In this document: piece by piece, positions 1 through 9,507 of the stretch
Layout: each line of letters begins with the position of its first letter
Position numbering within the stretch: the first letter of the stretch is position 1
From: Treponemataceae bacterium
GTDB lineage: Bacteria > Spirochaetota > Spirochaetia > Treponematales > Rectinemataceae
Assembly: GCA_963677895.2 (NCBI GenBank)
Contig: CAXXGJ010000025.1
Location: 224,001-288,000, forward strand
Reading direction: 5' to 3'
Length of the DNA: 64,000 bases
Made by a program: the position numbers and the translations under genes
Notes under the pieces: model-generated
What the model was told of the DNA's origin: nothing
Seen by the model: only the letters and a program-made list of their open reading frames with translations
Databases searched by the model: none

Positions 1-142
1 TCACCGAAAGCACTGGCATATTGACGTCCGGATTGAGGGCGACGGCGAGCTGCGTGACGAATACCGCGGCAAGTCCGCATAGGAGAACGTATATCATTAT
101 GACGGTGACAGGATGATCGATGGACTTGCGAACCACGCTCAT
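1..142 (-). CDS. RND efflux transporter permease (AcrB/SwrC family), N-terminus only; runs off the left edge
   Basis: Manual translation MSVVRKSIDHPVTVIMIYVLLCGLAAVFVTQLAVALNPDVNMPVLSV matches the AcrB-type TM1 pattern; ATG at 142 overlaps the stop of the adaptor gene (ATGA). Not in the ORF track. Confidence 0.85.
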   Translation of the reverse strand, partial: MSVVRKSIDHPVTVIMIYVLLCGLAAVFVTQLAVALNPDVNMPVLSV

Positions 143-1164
143 TGCGCGACTCCCGTTTCGCCATCTATGATTTTTACGCTATCTCCGTTGGTGATCGAAC
201 TCTTCCCTTCGGTCACGACCTTCTCGCCAGGAGCAAGCCCTTTCTTCACCTCGAATGAGTCCTCTCCCTCAAGACCTAGCACAATACCCCTCCGCTCGAC
301 CGTATTGTCGTCCTTGATGATGAAGACGTAGTCTTCGGACGAATCGAGGATAACGGAGGATCGCGGCGCAACGACGACGTTTTTCCTGCTTTCGGTTACG
401 AGCTTGACTGTGGCAAACATACCGACGAGCACCCGCGAATCCGCTTTCTCAAGATCGAGCTTGATGTCGAGGGTGCGACTTGACGCGTCGAGAACGGGAC
501 TCATTTCTGAAACCTTCGCGGCGAACGTAAGGCCGGGAATCGCGTCAAAGCCGATTTCCGCTGGCGTGCCGATCTTGAGGTTGGCAAGGTAGCGTTCGGG
601 GACAGAGGTGCTGATTTTTATTCGGGAAAGATTCCCGACGGTAGCGATGATGGTGTTGGTCGTTATGGTGTCTCCTTCGTGGACGGGGATGGAGAGCACC
701 GTTCCCGAGACCGTCGATTCGACCGGATTAGGCATGTAGTTCTCGCCGACTTTCGAGGGATCCACGAGGGCGATCGCGCTTCCCTTGGAAATCCAGTCTC
801 CGACGGAAACCTTCCTCTCCAAAAGTTTTCCTGCGACGTTCGGGTAGATTTTGACCTCGTTATTGGAAACAACATCGCCAAGGATCTTCGTATAATTGCT
901 TACGGAGCCCGAAGCGATCGTGTTCGCGCGCACCGCGACCGCATGCGTCTCTCCGCTTCCCGCATTTAAAGATTGATCCAACGCTCCGCCTTGCGGCATC
1001 TGACCGGAAGGCGCCCCGCTTTGAGGCAGGGGTCCCATCGCCGTCGATGGTGATTTCCCGGAAAAGGAAATTCCGAGTTCTTTCAACACGATCGCGGCCC
1101 CGACGGCAACGATCACCGTTACTATTATGATATTCGGTAAGGATCGCGAGATCGCGTTCTTCAT
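139..1164 (-). CDS. RND efflux periplasmic adaptor (membrane fusion protein)
   Basis: N-terminal TM anchor, lipoyl-like halves (VAGKLLERKVSVGD, VESTVSGTV), SPVLDASSRT..LVGMFA; start moved to MKNAISR, which follows a purine-rich SD. Confidence 0.9.
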   Translation of the reverse strand: MKNAISRSLPNIIIVTVIVAVGAAIVLKELGISFSGKSPSTAMGPLPQSGAPSGQMPQGGALDQSLNAGSGETHAVAVRANTIASGSVSNYTKILGDVVSNNEVKIYPNVAGKLLERKVSVGDWISKGSAIALVDPSKVGENYMPNPVESTVSGTVLSIPVHEGDTITTNTIIATVGNLSRIKISTSVPERYLANLKIGTPAEIGFDAIPGLTFAAKVSEMSPVLDASSRTLDIKLDLEKADSRVLVGMFATVKLVTESRKNVVVAPRSSVILDSSEDYVFIIKDDNTVERRGIVLGLEGEDSFEVKKGLAPGEKVVTEGKSSITNGDSVKIIDGETGVAQ

Positions 1165-1281
1165 TCCCCCCAACTCCTTCCTTTCGGCGAAACGGTGCCG
1201 CCTATCAGGGCACCCTATTCCCAGAACGTTAAGCGATGCTAATTCAGTGGACCTCATGCAGCCAGTCCCCCTTGTCATAAA

Positions 1282-1305
1282 CGCATATGACCGGCGTCAT
1301 ATGCG
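1282..1305. promoter_or_regulatory. Palindromic operator, probable response-regulator site
   Basis: Perfect 10-bp arms CGCATATGAC-cggc-GTCATATGCG in the divergent intergenic region between the RND operon and the two-component system. Confidence 0.6.
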
Positions 1306-1356
1306 AGATAACCGGCGGCACTGTGCAATGGGAACAGAGTGACATATAGTTGCTTA

Positions 1357-2670
1357 ATGACTGGTTACTCGCCGAAACCCCATACCGAACGGGACTTCGC
1401 CCGCATCATCCTCATGACCTTGTTTTTCCTTTTCCATATCATGCTGACCTTGCAGCCGCTATTTTCCATGAGACGGATAATGGAAGATTCCACCGGCTTT
1501 TCTTCTTTACTGCCAACCTTCGACATCGCGATCGTGGCGTTCTGGTTCATTCTCGAGGCATTCGAATTCCTGGTCTGGAATTACACGTGGCCGAATACGC
1601 GCTCTGGTGTGGAAATAACTGCCCTGCGGTGCGTACCTTTATTGATCTGCGTTGTCTTCTTCCCCCGATTAACATTTGGAATGATGACCTTGATGGCCCC
1701 TCTCCTGACCTTCTACTTCTCGCTTGTCGTCCAGCCCATGTGGCAGTATGGGATCATGATTTTTTTCTGCGCCGTGCAGCTATCCCTCTCTTACTGGATT
1801 TCGCTGCAGACGGTCCTGCCGGAATCCAATAAGCAGTATGAGCTCGTGATCCTCCTGTATCAGCTCATGAGCATCATCCTCATGTTCCTTTTCGCGAAAT
1901 TTTGGAAGGAAGACAGGAAAAACCGCGAACGCCAGCACATGCTGACGATGGAAATCCAGGCGAGTCAAAAGGAACTGAGAAAATACGCGTCCCATGTATC
2001 GCGCGTGGTAGCCCTGGAAGAGCGAACCAGGATAGCCCGCGACATTCATGACAGCCTTGGGCATACGCTCACCGCCGTCTCCATACAGCTCAATAAAGCA
2101 GAGGCGTTTTTCGAGAAGGATCCCAAGGTATCGACGAGGGCGATCAGCGACGCGAGGTTGAGCATGCATGAAGCGATGATCGACGTTCGGTCAACTCTTG
2201 ATACGCTGAACGCTCAATCTGAGGGTTTCGACTTGTTCTCGCAGGTGCGCAAGCCGCTCGAAAACCTCAGCCAAGTGGGAATTCATGTGCATCGCGATTT
2301 CGTAGGGAATACGGAAGGATACAATATCGCTGTGCTCCTCGCCCTCTATCGATTCGTCCAGGAGGGAGCGACGAACATTCTTAAGCATGCCGATGCTCAT
2401 GAAGTGAGCCTGGAAATTATTTTGGATGGTCACCAGGCATACGCCGAGCTGCGTGACGATGGGGTGGGGTTCGATCAGAACGCGCAGGAAGGCAAAGGCA
2501 AGGAACTTTCGGGATATGGACTCACGGGCCTTGCCGACAGGATAGCGCTCGTCCGGGGTACTTTCTCTGTCGAATCGGCTATCAGCCATGGAACGACATT
2601 GAAGATAAGCATGCCGAAGGATCCAGTGGCCTTGATCGGAAGGAGAAGCGCCGATGGCATCGACAGGTAG
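1357..2670 (+). CDS. Membrane sensor histidine kinase (HisKA_3, NarX/DesK type)
   Basis: Multiple TM helices; H-box EERTRIARDIHDSLGH; N-box QEGATNILKHA; DDGVGF and GYGL. ATG at 1357 chosen because it lies 6 nt after TATAGT. Confidence 0.92.
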   Translation: MTGYSPKPHTERDFARIILMTLFFLFHIMLTLQPLFSMRRIMEDSTGFSSLLPTFDIAIVAFWFILEAFEFLVWNYTWPNTRSGVEITALRCVPLLICVVFFPRLTFGMMTLMAPLLTFYFSLVVQPMWQYGIMIFFCAVQLSLSYWISLQTVLPESNKQYELVILLYQLMSIILMFLFAKFWKEDRKNRERQHMLTMEIQASQKELRKYASHVSRVVALEERTRIARDIHDSLGHTLTAVSIQLNKAEAFFEKDPKVSTRAISDARLSMHEAMIDVRSTLDTLNAQSEGFDLFSQVRKPLENLSQVGIHVHRDFVGNTEGYNIAVLLALYRFVQEGATNILKHADAHEVSLEIILDGHQAYAELRDDGVGFDQNAQEGKGKELSGYGLTGLADRIALVRGTFSVESAISHGTTLKISMPKDPVALIGRRSADGIDR

Positions 2671-3352
2671 GAAGATAAAAGTTCTCGTGGTAGATGATCA
2701 GAGACTTGTCAGGGACGGAATAGCCTCCCTCTTGGGACTCGACGACGAGATTGCCGTGATCGGGACGGCGGAAAACGGAAAGGAAGCCCTTGCCATCGCC
2801 CGCGATTTACGGCCCGATGTCTGCCTGTTGGATATCCAGATGCCAGTCATGGATGGAATCGCAACCCTCGAGAGGATACGCGCGGAAGGAATCGTTCCGT
2901 ATGTTGTCATGCTCACTACCTTCGACGACAGGGAATACATCGTACGCTCGCTCCGTTCTGGGGCGGTGGGCTATCTTCTCAAGGACCTGCCAAGCGAGGA
3001 GTTCGTGCGGGCGATAAAGCAGGTCGTAAAAGGGGTTTTCCTCGCGAATGGCGAGGTTATAAACAAGCTTCTGGGATCCCTCAAGGCCGAAGAGGATTCG
3101 GGAAAAAGCCTAGTCTCGGATTCGAACGCGCTTGAACAATATGAATTTCTCACCCTGCGCGAACAAAAGGTGCTAAGCCTTCTCGGTACTGGGGCAACGA
3201 ATTCGGAAATCGCCGATATCCTGTCGCTGAGCGAAGGCACGGTCAAGAACTACGTCTCGAACATTCTCACGACGCTCGGTTTCAGGGACAGGATTCAGAC
3301 AGCGCTTTTCGCCGCGAGGAATGGTTTGACAAGCGAAGAACAAGAAAGATAA
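2654..3352 (+). CDS. NarL/LuxR-family response regulator
   Basis: VVDDQ, LLDIQMP, LTTFDD, GYLLK receiver motifs; C-terminal LTLREQKVL..NSEIA..LSEGTVKNYVSNI HTH. Confidence 0.95.
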   Translation: MASTGRKIKVLVVDDQRLVRDGIASLLGLDDEIAVIGTAENGKEALAIARDLRPDVCLLDIQMPVMDGIATLERIRAEGIVPYVVMLTTFDDREYIVRSLRSGAVGYLLKDLPSEEFVRAIKQVVKGVFLANGEVINKLLGSLKAEEDSGKSLVSDSNALEQYEFLTLREQKVLSLLGTGATNSEIADILSLSEGTVKNYVSNILTTLGFRDRIQTALFAARNGLTSEEQER

Positions 3353-3450
3353 GAAATAATCCTGACGCCACCGAGCCTCAAAGATTTTTAGGCATTCGGA
3401 AGCTCACAGGTATCATTGCGTTTTCAGATAATAAACAAAAGTATAGCGCC

Positions 3451-4029
3451 TTATTCTAGTGAATAGGAATACATCGAAGACTCACCGCTGTCGGTTAAAA
3501 CCTGAATACTAATTTTTGTCGGTCGAGGCATAGGGTTCTTTCCTACAATAGGTATGAATAATACGGAAAGCCCGGCATTTTGATTAAAAGAAAAAGAGGG
3601 AACACAAGATCTATTTATTGATGTAATTTTTCTCTGATTTTTCACATCGTTTTCTGGATCTATGCTAGTATTTGAATCCCAAAATTCTATAAATGAATAC
3701 TGACTATATATTCGAGAAGGCTCTTTCCCATCAGGACCGATGGTTTCAGCCAGAATGGTAACATTCTCTTTTTTCTGTAGGTTAAAAATGATTTTTACAA
3801 CAAAAAATTCATATAGCTTTCCCCTGAGAAGTGTTTTAGGTTCCATATAAGGATTTTCGCTAAAATTTGATCCCAGATGCCTAATATCTTGATACTCAGC
3901 TTTACTAATTGAGATTTGAGGCAATGAAGGGTTATACGGTGACACAGTGGTACAGTTTGATAACATCAATACAAAAGTAATAAGTACTACCGAGATGAAG
4001 GTAAACGATTTGAAATTTTTAGTTTTCAT
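3451..4029 (-). CDS. Hypothetical lipoprotein (AT-rich gene)
   Basis: 192-aa ORF with a basic N-terminus, hydrophobic stretch and LSNC lipobox-like site; visibly more AT-rich than its neighbours. Confidence 0.7.
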   Translation of the reverse strand: MKTKNFKSFTFISVVLITFVLMLSNCTTVSPYNPSLPQISISKAEYQDIRHLGSNFSENPYMEPKTLLRGKLYEFFVVKIIFNLQKKENVTILAETIGPDGKEPSRIYSQYSFIEFWDSNTSIDPENDVKNQRKITSINRSCVPSFSFNQNAGLSVLFIPIVGKNPMPRPTKISIQVLTDSGESSMYSYSLE

Positions 4030-4043
4030 AACTATTTATATAT

Positions 4044-4076
4044 AAAAATTGCCAGCCCTTCAATAGGGCTGGCAAT
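4044..4076 (-). terminator. Intrinsic terminator of the outer membrane protein gene
   Basis: Perfect 12-bp stem ATTGCCAGCCCT/AGGGCTGGCAAT followed by a T run on the minus strand. Confidence 0.85.
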
Positions 4077-4099
4077 ACCTGCTTAAATCCAGCTACGTA

Positions 4100-5104
4100 T
4101 TAGAGAGAAACACCGTAGTAGAGAACGAGAGCGGCATGGAAATCGCCGTTGAAACCGACAGTGGCTTCGGAAGAGAGGCCATTGCCGTAGTCATAAGCAA
4201 CCTGCGCAAATGCATCGTAATCAATACCATCACGAGCATACGTAGTGTAGGTGCCACCGAGAGTAGCAGAGAGAGCATCGGTTACACTGTAGACTGCTTT
4301 GGCGCGAACATCATAAGCAGCAACGCCGGACCAAGCTTTCGTGGTGGTCTGACCATTGGTGGTGAAAGTGCCTTCCAGGCCAATTGCGAGCTTTTCAACG
4401 CCACTGTAAGCAAAGGCGAGACCGGCTGAAGTAACATCGGCATACGAAGCTACAGTTGCACCATCTTTCGCCTGCTGGGCATACTTAAAGAGTGCGACAG
4501 CGGTGAGATCTTTCATTCCGGTAAATTTGAAACCAACGTTAACCGCTGTTTTTCCATCGACCAAGTTAAGATTGGCCATCGCTACTGCAGTACCAACATC
4601 TTTGATGTCATACTTTACACCGAGGTCGGCTTTCTTGAAGGTGTCGAGCGTGTCTTCGCCAGCAGTGGGATAAGGAAGATTCACACCAACGCTGAGTCCA
4701 GCAGCCGGAGTGGCCTGAATGAGCATTCCATAACCAGAAATGCGGTCATTTCCACCGAGACCATAGTTCGTGTACCAGTTGGGGAGGGTGAGGCGATAAT
4801 CACCGTTGCGGAGATTGCCGATGGATACTTTGGTAAATTTGCCTTTGTACCAAGTAGTCCAATCACGGGGAGCGCCGATTCCATCAATGTAGTTATCTTC
4901 AGTGACAGAAATACCAAACTTTCCTTCTTTCTCGGTAGCCTTGAAAGTAATGGTATCGTACCCCGCACCGTCATCCGCGAAAGCACCGGCCAAATCCTGA
5001 TCAATAATGTCGATCTCTCCGGACGCGGCAATAGCGGTCGTTACCTGGGCGGATACGGCGCCGACCATAGCAAAAGCGAGAAGCAGGACGATAAGCTTCT
5101 TCAT
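4100..5104 (-). CDS. Putative major outer membrane beta-barrel (porin-like) protein
   Basis: Sec signal MKKLIVLLLAFAMVGAVSA, alternating amphipathic beta-strands, C-terminal LVLYYGVSL resembling a beta-signal; SD GGAGG; own promoter and terminator. Confidence 0.75.
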   Translation of the reverse strand: MKKLIVLLLAFAMVGAVSAQVTTAIAASGEIDIIDQDLAGAFADDGAGYDTITFKATEKEGKFGISVTEDNYIDGIGAPRDWTTWYKGKFTKVSIGNLRNGDYRLTLPNWYTNYGLGGNDRISGYGMLIQATPAAGLSVGVNLPYPTAGEDTLDTFKKADLGVKYDIKDVGTAVAMANLNLVDGKTAVNVGFKFTGMKDLTAVALFKYAQQAKDGATVASYADVTSAGLAFAYSGVEKLAIGLEGTFTTNGQTTTKAWSGVAAYDVRAKAVYSVTDALSATLGGTYTTYARDGIDYDAFAQVAYDYGNGLSSEATVGFNGDFHAALVLYYGVSL

Positions 5105-5177
5105 TAGAAGTCCTCCTTGCAATTTCGAAGGGGGCCGCGCCGACGGCTCGGTAATCCCCTTTCCTAGGTTCCGTTAG

Positions 5178-5207
5178 AGTATATATCGGCAAATTTTTGG
5201 GTGTCAA
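5178..5207 (-). promoter_or_regulatory. Near-consensus sigma70 promoter of the OMP gene
   Basis: TTGACA (5207-5202), 18-nt spacer, TATACT (5183-5178), with AT-rich upstream sequence. Confidence 0.75.
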
Positions 5208-5385
5208 GCACATTTTATTCAAGTTTTTTAAACATAAAGTCAGAATCTGTCAAATACTTTCATATTTTGTTATACAAACATTGAAAGAATTCGACTTTAT
5301 TGATGAGGCCATTAGGATATGCAGTAAATATAAGCTATTTCCGGAGAAAAGCGAAGAAATATAGTATAACGCTCAAATATAACAA

Positions 5386-5422
5386 ATGAGGGGTGACCGG
5401 GAATATCCAGGTCACTCCTCAT
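5386..5422 (-). terminator. Hairpin/terminator downstream of ackA
   Basis: 13-bp inverted repeat ATGAGGGGTGACC/GGTCACTCCTCAT (one mismatch) followed by TTGTTATATTT on the minus strand. Confidence 0.6.
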
Positions 5423-5457
5423 GGCGCTCGAAAGCGGCGCGAAACGGAAACGGACGA

Positions 5458-6795
5458 TCAGGGAATCTGGGCGATGATGTCCTTGAGCCAGGGCTTCTTG
5501 GCGAGGTCGCGCTCGAGTCCCTCGGCGCGCGCCTTGTTCACGTAGTCCCTGTTCTCGAAGTAATAGTGGTAGTTGGTATGGACATCGTACGTGCCTTTCA
5601 TGAGGGCGAAGGCGTCTTCAGTCATGACGAGTTCCTCGTCGGTGGGGATGACAAAGACCTTCACCTTGGAGCCGGGACCGGTGATGTCGAGTTCGGCGTT
5701 GCGGCACTTGGCGAGGGCGTTCTTCTTCTCGTCGATGGCGATGCCCATTTCCTCGAGTCCTTGGGTCGCCAGATGGCGGATGGCCGGGCCCATCTCCCCC
5801 ACGCCGGCGGTGAAGATGAGGGCGTCGACATGGCCGAGGGCCGCGTAATAGGAGCCGATGTATTTCTTGATCCTGTAGCTCTCCATCTGCTGGGCGAGGA
5901 TGGCGATGGGGTCGCCCTTCTCGGCCGCCAGCTCGATATCGCGGCGGTCGGCCCATTTGCCGGTGATGCCGAGGACGCCTGATTCCTTGTTGAGTTTCTT
6001 CTCGACATCGGCGGCGCTCATGCCCGTCCTGCGCATCATGTGGAAGATGATGCCGGGATCGATGTCGCCCGATCTGGTGCCCATCACGAGGCCCTCGAGG
6101 GGCGTGAGGCCCATCGATGTATCGAAGGAACAACCGTTCTTCACGGCGTTGATGGAAGCGCCGTTTCCGATATGCGCGGTGATGACATTGGTCTCGAAGG
6201 GATCCTTGCCGAGGAGGACGGCGGCTCTTTTGGCGTTGTAGAGGAAGCTGGTTCCATGGAAACCGTAGCGACGGACCATGTGTTTTTCGTACCATTCCTG
6301 GGGAAGCGCGTACATGTAGCTCGACGCGGGCATGGTCTGATGCCATGCGGTGTCCATGACGGCGCAATGGGGGACATCGGGCAGCACTTCGCGTGCCGCT
6401 TCGACGCCCATCAGATTGGCGGGATTGTGAAGGGGAGCCAGGTCGATAAGTTCGCGGAAGGTGGCCAGGAATTCGTCGTTTATGATGGAGGAACGGGCGA
6501 AGCGGGAGCCGCCGTGCACCATGCGATGGCCGACTGCCTTGATCATGTTCATGTCGGATATGACGCCGTATTCGGGATCGACGAGGGTATTGAGGATGAG
6601 CTGTATGGCGATGGTATGGGTCGGGCATTCGTGTTCGACGACGTAGTCGGCCTTGCCGCGCGCCTTGTGCGTGATGGAAGAGCCGCCGATGGTGACGCGT
6701 TCGACAATGCCGGTGGCCAGGATGTCTTTGTTGTCCCAGTCGTACACCTGGTATTTGACGGAAGAAGATCCGCAGTTCAGTGTCAGTATGACCAT
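5458..6795 (-). CDS. ackA: Acetate kinase
   Basis: [57 protein letters not shown] motifs. Confidence 0.98.
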   Translation of the reverse strand: MVILTLNCGSSSVKYQVYDWDNKDILATGIVERVTIGGSSITHKARGKADYVVEHECPTHTIAIQLILNTLVDPEYGVISDMNMIKAVGHRMVHGGSRFARSSIINDEFLATFRELIDLAPLHNPANLMGVEAAREVLPDVPHCAVMDTAWHQTMPASSYMYALPQEWYEKHMVRRYGFHGTSFLYNAKRAAVLLGKDPFETNVITAHIGNGASINAVKNGCSFDTSMGLTPLEGLVMGTRSGDIDPGIIFHMMRRTGMSAADVEKKLNKESGVLGITGKWADRRDIELAAEKGDPIAILAQQMESYRIKKYIGSYYAALGHVDALIFTAGVGEMGPAIRHLATQGLEEMGIAIDEKKNALAKCRNAELDITGPGSKVKVFVIPTDEELVMTEDAFALMKGTYDVHTNYHYYFENRDYVNKARAEGLERDLAKKPWLKDIIAQIP

Positions 6796-6887
6796 ATTCG
6801 CTCCTGAGTGGTTTTGGTCATCCTAGCATCCTGCCGGGGTTTTTCACAAGATGATAAGGAATATGCTCATCACGAAATATTGTGGCT

Positions 6888-7196
6888 TCACAAAAACGAA
6901 AAATAATCCCTTTTACCATAGAGGAACCTATGGATCTGTACTTCTTTGTCAACAATGATATAAAACACAAGAAAATTATCAATCACAATCATCCGATATC
7001 CCAATTGGCTTAGATAATCGTCCTTTACGAGGGGATAGATGAAAGGGTTCACTTCAACCCTCTCTATACATGAATAGAACTTTTCAAAGAGCGGAGAGGC
7101 AGAAGTTTTCAATTCTTGTTCAAAGTATTCCTTTATTTCAAAGAGATCTTCTTCCGCCTTAGGATAGATAAGGACGGAATGTAAAGATGCGCTCAT
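6888..7196 (-). CDS. Type II toxin, RelE/ParE family
   Basis: 102 aa with AEEDL..I..Y and GYRMIVIDNFLVFY..VQIHRFLYGKRDY; overlaps the antitoxin stop. Confidence 0.88.
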   Translation of the reverse strand: MSASLHSVLIYPKAEEDLFEIKEYFEQELKTSASPLFEKFYSCIERVEVNPFIYPLVKDDYLSQLGYRMIVIDNFLVFYIIVDKEVQIHRFLYGKRDYFSFL

Positions 7197-7450
7197 TTAT
7201 CTATAAAGCTTGAAAGATATTCTTTTGCGCTTCGACCTTTCGCACCGCGAGCGATATCAATTCGAGCCTCCTCAAGCTTCCTATACAGCTCGGTTTTGGC
7301 CAATTGGCGTTCATAATAGGCTAAAGACATGACAACCATATCCCCGACGCCGTTTTTAGTGAGGAAAATCGGTTCTTCATCGGCATGAACGGTCTCAGAA
7401 ATATTGGTAAAATTATTGCGCAGGTCGGATATCGGGCGGATGATTGGCAT
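7193..7450 (-). CDS. Type II antitoxin, Phd/YefM family
   Basis: MPIIRPISDLRNNF..EPIFLTKNGVGDMVVMS, a typical Phd N-terminal domain. Confidence 0.92.
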   Translation of the reverse strand: MPIIRPISDLRNNFTNISETVHADEEPIFLTKNGVGDMVVMSLAYYERQLAKTELYRKLEEARIDIARGAKGRSAKEYLSSFIDK

Positions 7451-7462
7451 AGCAAACCTCCG

Positions 7463-7491
7463 ATATCATAATAATGACATTATAATGATAT
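7463..7491. promoter_or_regulatory. TA autoregulatory operator overlapping the -10 element
   Basis: 29-bp near-perfect palindrome ATATCATAATAATGACATTATAATGATAT containing TATAAT on the minus strand, just upstream of the antitoxin SD. Confidence 0.75.
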
Positions 7492-7503
7492 GGAAAGATA
7501 CGA

Positions 7504-9507
7504 TCAGAGAAGTTGTACCGGATCGATGTCAATTTCCAGGCGGACCGCGGATGGAGTCTTGTAGCCGCCGAGGAGGGAACGCATGGAGGCATGGAGCGTC
7601 GCGAGGCTTGCCGCCCGGAGAAGGATCTGCCAGCGGTACGAACCCGCTATCATGCCGAGGGCGCATTCGGCGGGGCCGAGGAGCTCCACATCGGCGGGGA
7701 GGGATGCCGCGCCTTTTCGCGCGAGCTCCCTCGCCGCTCCCACGCAATGGTCGCGGTCCCGCGATCGGACCACGATGCGCGCCATGCGGGAGAAGGGGGG
7801 AAAACCCTGGGCTTCCCGCAGGGCGAGTTCGCCCGAATAGAAGGCTTGCATATCGAGGGTCGAGGCCAGCCTGATCACGGGGTTTTCGGGTCTGAAGGTC
7901 TGGATGAAGACGCGGCCGTCGGGATCGTAGCGCCCCGCCCTGCCCGCCACTTGGACAATGAGCGAAAAGACGCGCTCGGCGGCACGGAAATCGGGCAGAT
8001 TGAGACCCGCGTCGGCAAGGACGACGCCTACCGTCTTCACACCGGGAAAATTCAGGCCTTTGGCGACCATCTGGGTGCCCAGGAGGATGTCGATTTTTCC
8101 GCTCCTGAATTCCTCAAGGGTCGATTCGAGGGAGCCTTTCTTCGATACGGTGTCGGCGTCCAGACGCCTGATGGTCCAGTCTGGAAACATTTCGGCGACT
8201 TCTTCTTCGATGCGTTCGGTTCCGAAACCGCGCCAGCCTATGTCGAGGGAATTGCATTCGGGACAGGCGCTCGGGGGTGTCGTCCGATAACCGCAGTAGT
8301 GGCAGATGAGTTGGTTCTGCTCTTTGTGGTAGGTGAGCGCGACCGAGCAATGTTTGCACTTGAGCTCGGCGCCGCAGGTGTTGCAGACGAAAAAGTGGGA
8401 AAATCCGCGGCGGTTCAAGAAGAGGATGGATTGCCGTCCCTCTGCCTTCGTTTCGATGAGCGCTTTTTTCAGCCTGTCGGAGATTGTCGAGGCTTCGGCT
8501 CTCATGTCGACGACTTCGATTTCCGGAAAATCCCCGCCGCCTGGGCGCTGGCTCAGGGTCTGGCGATTCATGGCGCCTGTCTCGCAGGAATGCCAGGCTT
8601 CGACTGAAGGGGTGGCGCTTCCCAGGATGAGCCGCGCCTTCTCCTTGCCCGCGCGGTACATGGCCACCTGGCGCGCGTGGTAGCGAGGGGCGTTGCCGGC
8701 TTTGTAACTGCCCTCGTGTTCCTCGTCGATGACGAGAAGTCCCAGGTTTTGGACGGGAGCGAAAATGGCGCTGCGCGCGCCGATCACCATATGGGCTTCT
8801 CCCTTGAGGATACGGCGCCACTCCGACAGTTTCTGCGACGGCGTCAGCCGCGAATGGATGACGGCGCAGTCGTCGCCGAAACGCTGCCTGGCCGAGCGGA
8901 TCACCTGGCCGGTCAGGGCTATCTCCGGCACGAGGTAGATGACGGAGCGCCCCGCCGCGAGCGTACGTTCGGCGGCCTGCAGGAAGACTTCCGTCTTGCC
9001 CGTCCCGGTAGGTCCGTAGAGGTAGGTGGTGCCCGATTCAGAAGCGAGAATCCCCTCAAGCGCCGCGCGCTGCTCTTCCATGAGGGGAAGCGCCTTGTCG
9101 CCGATCTGAAAATCCTCGATTTCGGCGGATAGCTGGAGGGTTTCCCGCCTCCCCGTCGGCAGCATGGAGCCCAGGGCTTCGCCCTGGGAACAGAAATACA
9201 TGCGCGCCACCCAGGAGGCCAGCTGGACCGTGGATTCGGCGAAAATCGCTTCGGTGTCGACGGCTCGCTTTATCGGCTTTACTAGGGTTGGATCGAGGGA
9301 GCAGGTCGGAGCCGTCTCGACGACGAAGCCGGCGAGTCCGCGCCTCCCGAAGGGAGCTTCGGCCCTGCATCCAATCCTCGCCGGCTTCTCGTCATTGTTT
9401 CTGTACCAATAGGTATCGTCGATGGGCAGGGGAAAGGCGATGCGCACATAGGCATCGGCGCGGTTTTCCGGTTCCGCCCGGTCAGGGCATTCTGCGGCTT
9501 CAGTCAT
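7504..9507 (-). CDS. priA: Primosomal protein N' (replication restart helicase)
   Basis: GPTGTGKTEV, LVPEIALT, IDEEHEGSYK, LGSATPS, four CxxC pairs, GTQMVAKG, QVAGRAGR. Confidence 0.97.
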   Translation of the reverse strand: MTEAAECPDRAEPENRADAYVRIAFPLPIDDTYWYRNNDEKPARIGCRAEAPFGRRGLAGFVVETAPTCSLDPTLVKPIKRAVDTEAIFAESTVQLASWVARMYFCSQGEALGSMLPTGRRETLQLSAEIEDFQIGDKALPLMEEQRAALEGILASESGTTYLYGPTGTGKTEVFLQAAERTLAAGRSVIYLVPEIALTGQVIRSARQRFGDDCAVIHSRLTPSQKLSEWRRILKGEAHMVIGARSAIFAPVQNLGLLVIDEEHEGSYKAGNAPRYHARQVAMYRAGKEKARLILGSATPSVEAWHSCETGAMNRQTLSQRPGGGDFPEIEVVDMRAEASTISDRLKKALIETKAEGRQSILFLNRRGFSHFFVCNTCGAELKCKHCSVALTYHKEQNQLICHYCGYRTTPPSACPECNSLDIGWRGFGTERIEEEVAEMFPDWTIRRLDADTVSKKGSLESTLEEFRSGKIDILLGTQMVAKGLNFPGVKTVGVVLADAGLNLPDFRAAERVFSLIVQVAGRAGRYDPDGRVFIQTFRPENPVIRLASTLDMQAFYSGELALREAQGFPPFSRMARIVVRSRDRDHCVGAARELARKGAASLPADVELLGPAECALGMIAGSYRWQILLRAASLATLHASMRSLLGGYKTPSAVRLEIDIDPVQLL

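Noticed and set aside
6838..6850. Rex operator at ackA (and at nifJ)
   Set aside because: Only a TTGTGAA half-site at ackA and a weak TGAAAATTTCA at nifJ; no full TTGTGAA-N4-TTCACAA.
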